64,000 bases of DNA, from contig JBEWZL010000076.1 in assembly GCA_045837725.1 (NCBI GenBank), forward strand, positions 372,001 to 436,000, given 5' to 3'. Position 1 is the first letter of the stretch; each line of letters opens with the position of its first letter. The translations under genes and the position numbers were made by a program. Of this stretch, positions 39,135 through 51,995 are shown one piece after another. The notes under the pieces are model-generated. The model worked only from the letters and a program-made list of their open reading frames with translations, ran no database searches and was not told where the DNA came from. The stretch comes from Vermamoeba vermiformis. Its lineage: Eukaryota.

Positions 39135-39947
39135 TTAGCAAACGTTGCCAAAGATCTGGTTTAGACTGAACTGAGCCCAGTCATCCGCTAAGTACTCGCT
39201 CGTTAGAACGTTCTGTTCATAATGCAAAAAGCCACCAAAATTGTTGAAAATAGCGATAGGTTCGCCAAGTTCTACTTCGCTCGTCGCAATTTCGGAGCGC
39301 GGGCTTTCGAGTTGCTCATCTTCTGAACTTTCAGGCTCGGGAAAATCGACATGTATATTACCGAGCTTGGTTTGGATAGTCTCTTCGAGTTTCTTCCATC
39401 CTCGATGTTTGGCACGTCGATTGAGGAAGTGACTTAGCTTTGTTTGGCTGAAAAGAAACGGAGTTAGTACTTTGATCACGGATGGCGAACAAAACGATTG
39501 GTAAGCGCAAAAAGATAATATGATATCTTACCTAATACCGAGCATTTTAGCTGCACTCCTTTGGTTTAACTTCTTTTCTTTCATATAGTATGCTAACCGC
39601 AGCACTGATCTTTCATCTGGCACTATCGTAGATTTGCTAAGAGGGCCACCTAGTCTTGAGTCTGTCCTCGACGGCCTCGCTGATCGTGGCATATATAAAT
39701 CGTCTTCATCTCTTCTCTGCCTTGATCTTTTGTTGCTGGAAGGTCTTGAGAGTTCCTCCATGTCAGATTCGTATGAACTATGGAAAATAAGACAAGGTAA
39801 GCACCAATGGTCTATTTTATATCTATCGCGACTGTGGCGAGTCATTCTGCCGCTCTGCGCGTGTTAGACGTACCTCTCATAGCTATTATAAGCTGAGCTT
39901 GAGGACTCGTCTCGCATTTCACTATCCGTTCTTTGTTGGTCTTCCAT
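39135..39947 (-). CDS. Small nuclear protein with Cro/C1-like helix-turn-helix
   Basis: Spliced reading LRLAYYMKEKKLNQRSAAKMLGIS/QTKLSHFLN fits the xre HTH pattern; flanks are acidic and Ser-rich. Confidence 0.65.
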
Positions 39948-40772
39948 TATATTAACCGATGATAGGCGTTAGCCTTGTGTGTTTATCACAGAGATAATTT
40001 TGCAACAATGACCCCGACAAAGTCGATTTTATGTTTGGCGCGGCTGTCATCCTTGTCACCAATTCACCCTTTACACTTTTACGGTAAAACTTCACCGGAA
40101 AAGGGTGCCGCTTCGAAGAATGGTCTATACTACGAGCATAAGCGCATTGGCAATGATAACATGCATCGTAAAATGCTGGAACATCCGAGGGCACTTTTTT
40201 ATCTCGCCTGAAGATTAATTACCAAATTAAGAACTCGGTTTTGATACTCGTGAAATTGTGTATACTATTATTAATAAGTTTAATCCACTCCCTTCATTAT
40301 CATTAATTAATCGATATTGACACAGTTCGATTAACGGACTATTGTGAGCCTGCAATATAGTTATCTCGCCTGACTTGAGATTGACAGGAGCTAATCTTGG
40401 TACGCGGAGGTAACGAACACTTCTCCCTCTCTTGAAGACGGAGCAGGTTCATTAATCGCTTTCGTGAAAACCACGCCTCCTTGTAAATTTTTGTGCGTGG
40501 TGTCAAATCCAGATCGCGGAGAAATGAGTTCGATAACCTTAATACAAGCATTGTTTATGCAATTAGTGGATGATGCAGCCATAACTAATATTGCTTAAAT
40601 TTGTTTCATCCAAACAACCGAAATGGGATTGAAGGATGGAACACGGCGGATTGTGTAAGTGTTTGTTTTATATTATACAATACAGCGCAACTGAAACGAT
40701 TGGCCGACAATATGCCAACTATTTAAAGTTGTCATTATCATCTAGACCAAAAACAAAATTATGTACATTTAC

Positions 40773-42290
40773 TTAGTTCTGGGCTCCGGTTTCCTTCTTC
40801 TCGGGAACCTTCACGTACTTCTTGATCCAAGGGTGCGCGATGACTTCATCCAATGAAATACGCTTTTCGGAATCCTTGACCAGCAATTTTGAAATTAGAT
40901 CTCGTGCCTCTTCGGAGACGTGCGAAGGGAAGCTCAAGTCAACCTTCAAGATCTTGCGGTAGGTTTCATTTGTGTCTTCGTTCTCGAATGGAGGGCTGAT
41001 CAATAGAAGATACGGTTAATAAGAGTGTGCACAGTAAAGATTTTTTTGTCTCATGTTCCTGGTAGTTCACAACGAATTTTCCATTAATAGCAAATTTTAA
41101 CTTAGGTGAACCGCAAAATCAATGAGAATGGATAATTACTTACAATCCGCACAAGAACTCGTAGGTCAAGACACCAAGTGACCAGATATCAACGGAGTGA
41201 TCGTGCTTCTTTCGTTCAATCATCTCGGGGGGCAAGTAGTCCAAGGTACCGCACAAAGTTTCACGACGAGCAGAGGGCGCGTGCACTGACCAACCAAAGT
41301 CAGCAATCTTTACTTCACCCTTGATCGACAACAACAAGTTTTCAGGCTTGATGTCACGATGGATCACGTGTTTCTTGTGCAGGTACTTCAAGGCGTGCGC
41401 AATGGAGTGAATGTACTAGTCAATAAATGTACAATTAATATCCGATCTTACAAGAAGTTATTTATAGGACTTACGTTCGCTGCTGTTTGTTCACTGAAGT
41501 GGTTCTCGGATTTGAGTTTCTTGTAGACTTCACCACCAGCAGCGTACTCCAAAATTAAGTACACTCTGCTTTGGTCGTAGAAGTAGCCGTACAGACGAAG
41601 AATGTTCGGGTGTCTATGAAGATTAAATAATTTAGAATCCGATCCGAATGCGAAAGGCAGCTGAAGAAACTTACCTCAAATGCGATTGAATTTCGATTTC
41701 TCGTCGCAATTGATGCTCCACACCGTTCTTAGCAAGTTGTTCCTTGAACAACACCTTCAAGGCAACGATGAACTTGCTCTTCTTTTCCCTCGCCAAGTAG
41801 ACGTTACCAAACTTGCCTTTGCCGAGAGGCTTGCCAATATCGAAGTGACCGAGAGACCATCGCTCGAAAGACTGCTTTTGGGCCACCTGAATTTGCGTTG
41901 AAGGCATTTGATAGGCGTTGGGCGCGACTGTTGGTGGATTTTGAGCTGCGGTGGTATTATTGCTAGGGGGAGCCGGCAAGGGTTTCTTGTTTGCTAATTG
42001 TGTATTTCCAGCAAGTAAATTCGAGGAGCTAGTAGCAGCGACTGGGGCTGTAGGCTTCGTGGCAGGATTGGATGCGGCGGTAGGCGAGGTGCGGGAACTC
42101 GCTTAGGAGCAGCCTTGGCAGCATTCAACTGTATTTATTATTAATATATTAATTATTTTGAAGCATTAATAATTATTTCTACCTTCGCATCTTGAATTTT
42201 TGTCTCGGGCTTTTGGTTCTTCGAGTTCTCCTTGTTAATTGATAGACCAGACATCTGAGAGGTCATCTTATTTAACTTAGAAGTAGCCAT
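40773..42290 (-). CDS. Aurora kinase (apparent 1-nt frameshift near 42092)
   Basis: [56 protein letters not shown] and [28 protein letters not shown]. Confidence 0.95.
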
Positions 42291-42480
42291 TAACTTGGCA
42301 GCAGCGTTGTTGTGCTTTGGAACGAAAGTGACTAATAAATAAATGTTTCGTAACGACTAAGTTTTTAAATTTCAACAGGCGGGAAACGAATTTTTGCAAC
42401 GGTCATATGGAAAATAAGGGAGGAAATTGGTTCTTGCCTTCCAGCAGAGCCTTCTACGTCATTCTTGTTGCTTGTTCGGG

Positions 42481-44958
42481 ATGGACGTCCTTAAATCAAC
42501 GTTAGCTCAACGCGGCAAGATCCACCACTTCAAAGGTATAAGATTTGGTGTATTGTTTTCATTACTGACCGTGTCTTGCAGAACGTGGTATTGTACCACC
42601 AGAACCTGTATCCGAGAGCTTGGTGCACGGCGAATTGACGCTTGGCGAGTTGTATTTTGAGCTCTGTAAGTCGATCATAAAAATTATGTTAGTTTTACTC
42701 ACAGCAATTTTAGTAACCATCAAAAATAATAATGACCCCAACATTTCTCGGTTTGTCAACGCGGAGGTAATATTATTTTTTTCTAGAATTTATTGGTGCA
42801 TTTATTTACTATTTTTGATTGGATCCAGGGTGTCATTTACCCTAATATTATAATCCCTCAAGAAATACCTTATGTAAAGCCACCACAAGCAATATCAGTG
42901 CGAGGAGCATCAGGAGGGCTCTTGACATCGATTCAAAGACTGTAAGTTCGTGTAGATCAATTGTTAATTTTATAATTCGCTCACTTTGCTTAGTCTCGGT
43001 AATACGGACAGTCAATTCGATGGACAAAGATACGGCAAAAAGATTACACGAGAAGATAGACGCCCCAAAGATGATCAAGAACCAGCTTATAAATCTTATT
43101 TGAGATCAGCCTTCGACTTTGTATTGCGAAGCTTTAATCTCAAACACGTAAGTAGCCGGGTTTAATGACTATTAGTACGTGCTAAATATGAATAGGAGCC
43201 TTTATTTCACCTTATACCCGATTCTCTGCGCCTATCCGCAACTGCTCCTGCCAACTTGTTTGCTTGGCATCCTTATCAACAAAGGTACTATATATCGCGT
43301 TCATAATCTATACTACCCCGCTTAACACCATTCATAGATTTGCTGTTGCATTACGTAATGACCACATTAGAATGTTTGATTTAAACTTGCAAGGTACGGA
43401 TGGTTCGCGCTATGTTATCCTCGCTAACCCTTTCTTAGCGTGGAGTTCATTAGCACTATCGCACGAATTTCAACGCGATATCTGTTGTATGCAGTGGAAG
43501 CCGTTGTCCGGCAACACATTGGCAGTGGGCTGTCGATATGGTGTGTGCGTATGGTCGATTGTGAGCAAGAAAGTCCAGCGACCAAATATAGCGATTAAAG
43601 AAGGCGAAAGCGACACGAACTCGTACCAGGAACAGTCAGCGTGGATGACTTACTTGAAGTACGTCATTTACTTCGAGCATTATTACGTGTAGAACTAACT
43701 TGGCGTTAAAAGGTATCCGGGTCATGCACCTGTCAATTGTCTCGCGTGGTCTCCTTGTGAAAAGTAAGCAGCTAATCTTAAGCCATTTGCGTATTATAAT
43801 GCTTATGCTAACTTATCTAGCTTACTGGCCACGGGATCTGTCTCGTCGCATCGTGTAATCATTTGGGACACGGCACTGGACCAGCCAATTCCCCTCAACG
43901 AAATAACGTTGGGAGCTGGTATTACCATGCTCAAGTGGTCTCCGAACGGGCACTATTTGTTCGCTGCTACAACGTAAGTAACTGAAACGTACGCTTGAAG
44001 CTGTGCTCACCTTAACCACAGTAAATCGACATTCCACATTTGGGAGACCAAGACTTGGCGATGCGAAAAATGGAGCAATCTCAAGACCTATGTTCAGGTG
44101 AGATAAACAAAGATAAAATTGTTTGGAAATTCTCCATTAAGGCCGGATCAATCTAACGCAATCTCCTATCAATTTTAGACAGCGGCTTGGAGCTCCGACA
44201 GTAGATACCTTGCTATAGCCGCGAGCGGTGATAGCTCAATCCATTTTATCGAGTTCCCAGCTCACCCACCTCAAATTGGTACGTTGCGTATTTGCGAAGT
44301 TTTATTTCAGAAATCGAAATTCTAAATTTAAGTTTAGCCGCGCAATACATCGGAACTGAAGACATTGGACTTTACTCAGTGACACTAGGCAGTGGCCGCG
44401 AAGTGACAGTCGGCGGAAACATTAAGGAGATTGCCTGGGATATGACTGGTCAACGACTCGTCGTGTCTTTCCTCGATGACGGTCAGGGCAAGAAGGACAA
44501 CTCTGACCGAGCTCACGCTGGAACTGGCTTGGAAGCTGTTAAAAAACGACTATTCACCGATGACGATGGCGAAAATAGCGCAGGAACGGGAGAACAAGGT
44601 GACACTTGTCACTCGTTGTTTGCCCTTTTTGCAACCAGGAGTACTCCGGTGGTAAATTTAGAGCCTATGTAAGTTTACATTGTATACTTGGTCTTGAATA
44701 TAACGCTAACGTGACAATAGGGGTTTCATTCGAGGACCGCCAAGCAGTTCTTCGCCTCTGCAGATGAGCTTTAGACCAAATTTTCCAAAGGGCGCCTTGT
44801 TGACAGCGGTAAGTTTATTTTGCTTAAAATCGAGTTCTGTGTAGGCTCGTATCTTCATGGACCGAAATAGTGCACATGTACTAATTTTTTCGTTGTTATT
44901 GCAGGTTTGGTCTAGCGGCAAGATCTCGTTCTTCCCATTGTACTTCAAAACCGATTAA
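42481..44958 (+). CDS. AAAS: Aladin WD40 nucleoporin
   Basis: FAWHPYQQRFAVALRND, LSHEFQRDICCMQWKPLSGNTLAVGC..GVCVW, PGHAPVNCLAWSP, LKWSPNG, FHIWET.TWRCEKW, GFIRGP and GKISFFPLYF. Confidence 0.9.
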
Positions 44959-45077
44959 ATGTCGTATTTGAAATAGCGAAGGCAGAAGTATCTTTTTGAT
45001 ATGTTCCCTATTTTGTGTATTGTCAATATCCGAAGTTACGAGGTGGTAATCTTGCGGATCTGAGATTATTTCTGGAG

Positions 45078-45960
45078 CTATTTTTGTCCATTATTTAATT
45101 GTGATTCGTCATCTCCTTCTTGTGAGATGGAATCGCTCGTATCTTCATCTTCGTCGCTACTGAACTCGGAATCGCTACTGCTATCGCTCTCGCTTTCTTC
45201 ACCTGCGTACAATTCTTTCTTGTCGTCATGAAGTTGCTCGCGGATCTGGTCGGCGTTTTCCGCGGCTCGTTTCATATCTACGGGATCGAATTAGAGGGCA
45301 CTAAAAGTATTACGTAAGTTCATCTTTCTTATACCTTCGGCAACTGGCTTCATCAAATAGAGCAGGTATTCTTGCAAGACAATTCCTAAAATAGCAATTT
45401 ATCGGTAATTAGTTTACGTCCGCAATACGAAAGAATCGATTTCAGTTTACCTGAAGCAAGAAGAGCAGAGGGTAATAGCGTTTGATACATCTCTGGATGG
45501 TCTTTGGCTAAATTCGTACCAACACGATGGATCAAGTCTAAAACTTCCTTGCTAGGCATTTCGACATCCTCTAATGAATGGGTCAGGTATGCCGATTAGT
45601 TGATTTTTATCCACATACTATTAGGAAATTCGCTGCGGTAAGACAAGTTTGTCAATTGCAAATCAGGCCGGGCAATAAGATCTCTGCAATACGATATCAA
45701 TAACAAATTATTATATTTACAAATTATTTCTATTACCTTCTTTCCGCAACACGGTTCTGCACAGTTATTTGAGGGTTTAATCGCCGCTTTTTTCTATTTT
45801 AATTCTGTTAGCGGCGCCAAATTATCATAGAAACTTGAACGAAACACACAATGCCAATGCTCGTATATTAAATATAATTTACGCTTTAAAATTAATTGTA
45901 AAATTTATTTTGATCCGGATCATCTGGATTCTATTACCTGACCGCGGAAGCGTTTTCCAT
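45078..45960 (-). CDS. Small acidic-tailed protein, possibly UAF subunit Rrn10-like
   Basis: Spliced core MPSKEVLDLIHRVG...MYQTLLPSALLASGIVLQEY recalls the Rrn10 pattern P.S.LL..IH...ALLA.GI..EE (recalled from memory, not searched). Confidence 0.45.
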
Positions 45961-46996
45961 ATCGATGCAAATTACTGAATTTTAGGTTGGTCTTGAAGAA
46001 CACATATGGCAGTTATGGTGCGGTTTAGGTACTCAACAAGCGATCTGTTTTTCAAAATTCACGAGCTCACACACAGCCCGTTCTTGGATGTCGAACCCTT
46101 TGCGCGAAAGACAGCCTAAGAAAAGTGTTACTGCACGTGTTTGGACCGTCAAACGGAGTTTAAAGCACGTTTTTCCGGTGGATGTGTCTTTGTACACACT
46201 GCAGTGCGATGTGCTTCGTTACCAATTCTAGGTAAGAAACAGACCTAATAGTTTAAGTACCAATTGTTTGGCCGAGAATACCACCTTCGCAAGAACTGGA
46301 GAAAATCTTCTAGCGGATACAGCCTTGAGAGCTATATAATAGCATTTTGGAGTTAGATCAGCGTAGTAGTTGCTCGTATGAGGTTATTACTGCGAGGCGA
46401 TGTTAAGTATCTTTTCGCCAAATATAGGAGAAGATAATAGTGGACAGAAAGATGCCACATGAACGTAAATCGGTTCAAAGGGTCTGAAACTCGTTAATTA
46501 TAGTCCTAGTATTGTATTTATATGAAAATAGCGTTTGATTTTGATAGTGTACCAGATCAGGTTTCAAATTTAGCTTGTTACGCTTTTGCAATATTAGTTT
46601 TGCTCGAAGTCGGTAGTTGGTGGCGTATAATGAATTGTCATATTAAATTTCCCTTAAATAGGTCTTTAGTCTTTTTTTGTCAAGTTCGATTTAGCGTTCA
46701 CTGGTCGGTACATCCACACACGAAAAGTGTTCGGAAGGGTTTCCGATCCTTTGTTCGTGCTCTGCTAACAAAACCATATTATAGGGACGTCTTTATATGT
46801 TATTTAGTGTAGCGGGGTTTCGTAGGTCAACAAAATGTCAATTTGAACGGGACGCGTCATGATTTTTTTTCCGTCTATCTCGCGCGCCGCAACTTGGATC
46901 ACCACAACTAGTATCTTGATACTATTGTGCATTCATTGTATATTTTTGTATTATATTTTATAGTTGTGACATGCTATTGATCCCAATCTGAAGACA

Positions 46997-49900
46997 ATGA
47001 ACCAGACGATTTCTTTGAAGATTAGCTTTCCAGAGCTGGAGAAGGAAATATATTACAATTTTCCTCGCAATATTACTGCAGGCCAATTGCTTGAAATTCT
47101 AGCGCAGCAGGGGATCATTGCTGATAGACGTCTGCTAGCTGAATATCATATTTTCGTGCCTTGGAGCGGTATTTGGCTTAACAAACAACGTCTAATTGAT
47201 AGCTACGCACTCGTAGAAGAGGTAGGTTCGGTTAAAATAGTAAACAAATAACAATTGTCTTGGATTGGCAATACATTTTGCTTCTCCGAGCGTTATTTTT
47301 CTATAACAGCATCTATAATGTAAATCAAATAGTAGTTTTCTTTTGTTTAATTTTGGTTTTGCCTAATAACGTTTTTTCGGTTCGGTTTGTCGAACCCCGT
47401 TCGGATGTCAGTCACATTTCAACCCTTATTGATTATAATGTTATGATTACACTAAAATTTTATAATTTATGTAATGAATTTAAATTGCCGATAAATTTTG
47501 GTTTGACGTGCGAAATTCTAATGGATCCATTTTTGATCTAGGAACCCTTGGAATTATGGGCCAAGCCAACATTTCCAAAAGACTTCATTTTAATACACGT
47601 GCCCGATTTGGAAATAACAGAGAAGATAGCTTTCTTCCCAAATTTCACGAACGGTCGAGGTAAAACTCCATCCGCAATCAAAATTAATTATTTAAATTAA
47701 ACACGTGCGTTTGGGACGGGTTCGAAAATCCCGATATCGCAAATTAAGAGTTAATATTTCAATATAATTATATTAAATTCATTCAATAACTTCATTCCAC
47801 CGCACGACCAAATGACAGTAATTCCGACACGGTTGTGTTTTGTTTTCCTAACTTTTGTCGATAAATTGCAATGACAGTTGGACATTATAAATGACATTAG
47901 GAATAAATGAATGAGAGACAGCTATTGACATTGAGATCTGTACATACAGGAGCTATTCAAGCATTGGAAGCTAAAGAGCGATTAAATATTGAAATGTATG
48001 GCTTATATGACCCTGAAAAAGGCGCTTGGATCGAAATTAACGAGCCACTGACGAATTACGGCTTTGTTAACGGCGTACGTAATTTCAATTAAACAGTTCG
48101 TTATTGTCAGCTAACGTTATCTCCAATACAGAGCTATTTGGAATATGTCATGTATTCAGAAGAGGTTGCCGATGCTCGTAAACGAGCATTTCAAGCTAAA
48201 CAGCAACAAAAACAGCAGCTCGAAATGCATTCGGTACGATTTTTTCAAGTGTCAAAGTGTCATGTTCTGACATCTGCCTAATCTAGCGACAAAGCTCTGG
48301 CGGAGGTCCAGCACCTCTTTCACCGCGTCAGTCTGATGCAAAATATAGACGGCCAACAGCCTCATTGCACGTCACAGCCCCGTTCTTTCAAAACAAAACA
48401 CTGCTGTCATTCAGCACTTCTGACACGGCAGCTGGTGTTGTGTCGAAAGTCAAATGGTTTGGCAATCAGCAAAGTGACACACAAGGCTACGATGTGCGTG
48501 TCTTGTATCGCGATGGCTCGTCGAATGCCATGGACGATCTTTCACCGTTGTCCTTTTACGAGACAAACTTCGCAGGCGAGCCTTATATCTGCCTGGAGCT
48601 AGTTCCCAACGGCACTGTTGTATCTCCTGCTTCGCCGCGAGAATCACCCCGACAGCCTCAAAGCAACGGTCCTGCCACAATTGGTACTTACAGCGCAGTT
48701 CAGCCAATCGAACAGAACAACGCGCCGTACCAAAACAGTGCTCTCAGCAGAAGTCAGCCAGCGAGTCAACCAGCAATGATTAACCAATCGAATAATACCA
48801 CGAACCATACTCCCAGGGAATCCAATCACAGCACACCAGCAATGTCACCGATGAACAGCCCGATCAATCATCGAGTAGCAGAGTTGCAAGGCCAGTCCTC
48901 GGGCAGCTCATCAAACAGTTCATCGAGTACACCTTTCGGCTCGCCAATGTCAAATGGCATGATGACTCCGACCTCTAACCCCGGCACTCCTGAGGTTGCT
49001 CGAGCGAGTGTGTCCAACGGCGAAAACATCATGTTGAAGATCGAAGTACCTAACTTACAGATCGGAAAAATGATTAAGTGCACATGGAATGACACCCCGC
49101 AAGATATTCTAACCAAGTTACGCGAGAAGAAAGTGTTCGTTGATGACAGGTACGGTTGACACGTGTCAAGTTGATTTGTTTAGCGAATCTTTACTGAACT
49201 TAAATTTCGTACTTTAGTTATACTTTGGTCATCCCGAAGAATAAGAAGTTGAAGTTAAATACAATTATCCTCGAAGGGAACTCGCCGTTGTCTGCTTACA
49301 GATCCACTGGCCGTATAAAGGCCTCAGAGGCTCTGTATTTGTTAGACGAGAAAGAGGCTCAGAAGCTTAAAGACAAAGGAGGATATGAAGGCGGTCCTTC
49401 GGGTCAAAAAGTTCCAAAACGAGGCTCGATCTCCAATGTCCTTAACAAAGTCAAACACAACTTGCCCGTAGTTTTCAAAAAAGGTTCCGTAACAAACAAT
49501 GCCAGCAAAGCAGAGGAGAAGCCGGCTACTGAAACAGTCATCCCTTACAAGTTCCCTGTGCTCAAGCAGCTTGTTGATTTCTTGGAAACTCGTGCGTTTA
49601 TGGACGAAGGAATTTTCAGGATCTCCAGTAACATGGATCTGATCAACCAATATTACCCAATTTTGGCTAGCTGTAAGTACTGATGACATATTGTATTGCA
49701 CAGTCGAATAATGGAAGGTTATAGTGCCTGACATTAGCAAAATGAAGAACCACGACGTCGCGTCTTTGTTGAAAAAGTACTTGCGTGACATGCCCGAGTC
49801 ATTGATTCCGCGCAGCAGATTTGACACCTTCGTGGAGGCCCAAAAAGGTTAGTACACGAATTGACTTAGTAAGATTTTTTCTAACGTCTTATTAGCTACA

Positions 49901-51888
49901 TCTTCTGATGAGCGCACGAAGGGTTTGAGGAACGCAATTAGTTCTTTGCCCGAGGATAACAAGAACGGTCTTAAGATTCTATTCAAATTGTTGCACAAAA
50001 TCCACGAGAACAGCAATAGTAACAAGATGACGAGCTCTAATCTTGCAATTGTAAGTTGAACGGGTGATTGTTTTTGACACCAAACTAACAGTCATAAGAT
50101 CTTCGGTCCTATTCTCCTCCGTTCTTCAACCGAGGATTCAATGGCCGCCATGGTCTCTAGCACGCAGTTCCAAACCAATGTCGTGCAAACGATGATCGTG
50201 AATTACAACATTTTGTTCGAGGTAGCGGAGGTGTCAAAGTTCACGAACATTTTCAGAACCTCGGACTCGGGTCCTACATCGAACAACGCTGCGCCAGTGA
50301 AACCAATGAACGGAGTGCCGGAAGAACAAATGACGTCGACGCACAACGCGGCCACGGCACAGATTTTAAACAGTTACAATAACATGTATAATATGAATCC
50401 TGGTGGCAACATGTCAACCCTGGCCCCGAACGTCAATGCGGTGCCCACCAATATGACTGCAGCTCCACCAATTGAGCCGACTAAATTTGACGAGTTCGAT
50501 GACAACACAATGACCAGTACATTTGGCATGCACTTGAATGAAGAGACATTGAATCCATTCAACGACGTGCCTTTTGACAACCCGTTCGATGACATTCCGA
50601 GCAATAATCCAGGCCAAACACGATCACCAAAGGGCTCTGCATCCGGTCAGCCAGGCTACAATCCCTCGCAAACCAGATCGCCGAAAGGATCTGCTTCAGG
50701 GTACGATCAAGGCCAACGTCGATCACCTAATGGCTCTGCTTCAGCGCAACCCAATGGCATGCAAAACAATTCTACGACACCTCGAACAGGTCACGTAAAC
50801 ATTTTGGCTGGAGGAAATACCCAACAAACCAATTACTTTAATATGAATGGTAATAGCAACACTATGAATGGTACGAGCCCTAGAAATCCCCAACAGCCAC
50901 AGTACAGCAACAGTCCGCCAAAGAACGCTGGATTTGCTCAAAACATGCAACAACCGCAGTTGAGCGCGAGTCCACCTAAGAACCAAGGATGGGCCCAGCC
51001 ACAACTAAATATCAACACCAATCTACAGCCTCGTCAGCAACCAGAGCAGCCGCAACCTGGTCCTCAAAACAACTGCGCCAATGGTCCGCTGTCGCCGCGT
51101 CAGCAAGAGCCGGGATCACCTAAGGGCGGTCAACCAAAGGGCCCTCGTCCTGGCTTGCAGTCAGCAGCTAGCCAGCCCAAGCTCGGTCACAACAAACTGC
51201 AGTCGAACAATTCTCTCGCTCCACCAACATCACCTCGCCGTGGTAACTCCACCACTGCCCTCAATGGCACTAATACAGCACAGCCGCAACAACAGCCACA
51301 ATCAAATCTGTTTGACAGCAGCACGCCGCTCTCGCGTCCAGCTCTTGGTTCAGCAGGTCCCAAACGTGCCGCTATGCCAGTGAAGCGACTAGACATTCAA
51401 ACACCCGCCCCTACCGAGCCTGCACCCACTGGCAATACCTCGCCCTCACAGCTGTCGCCGCGCAACTACGTTCCTGTTGGTCGCGATGGTTCTCAATACA
51501 ATCCGACGCCGCGGCCCGTGCCCACAACGGCAAACGGAGCGCCGCCAAAAGGTTACGTGAAGACCGGTACATCTCCTGTTGCTCCTCCTAGAAGTGCCTC
51601 GCCGAGTGTCGGATCACGCAGCGGCGAAGTCGGTGATTTGGCAGTTGTAGTCTCAGCTCTATTGTCTGGCTCGGCACCTCCGCAGGTCAAAACTCAGTAC
51701 GCCGTCAAACTGGCGAATTACTTGTCAACCGGTACGTGACACATAATTATTAGAATAGGCCTCATTTTCTAACTGGGAGTTATTCAGACGGAGATTATGT
51801 CCGAACCTATTTGAAGGACAAGGTCGGCATTGACAACGCCATCAAATTGATCGAGTCATTGGCCACTGTCATCAAAGCAAGGAATTAA
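46997..51888 (+). CDS. RhoGAP with several N-terminal ubiquitin-like (FERM F0-like) units and a long Pro/Gln/Asn-rich tail
   Basis: Repeats ISLKISFPEL..., FILIHVPDL... and IMLKIEVPNL.... GAP domain EGIFRISS, HDVASLLKKYLRDMPESLIP and NKMTSSNLAIIFGPILLR. Confidence 0.9.
50614..50745 (+). repeat. Three coding repeats of Q(T/R)RSP(K/N)GSAS in the RhoGAP tail
   Basis: QTRSPKGSASG, QTRSPKGSASG and QRRSPNGSASA in ORF 50141-51739. Confidence 0.75.
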
Positions 51889-51995
51889 TTCGGTTTGTTC
51901 ATTGTTCATTTGTGAAAAAGTGTAATTTTATTAATCCAATCAGCTTCAAGCGGCACGTGTTAGTAGACGTGCGGCACTCGAGAAATAAATGTTTG

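Noticed and set aside
45986-46450. AG/GT-bounded segment with an ~80-codon open frame upstream of the RhoGAP
   Set aside because: No recognisable protein or credible start; probably UTR or promoter sequence.
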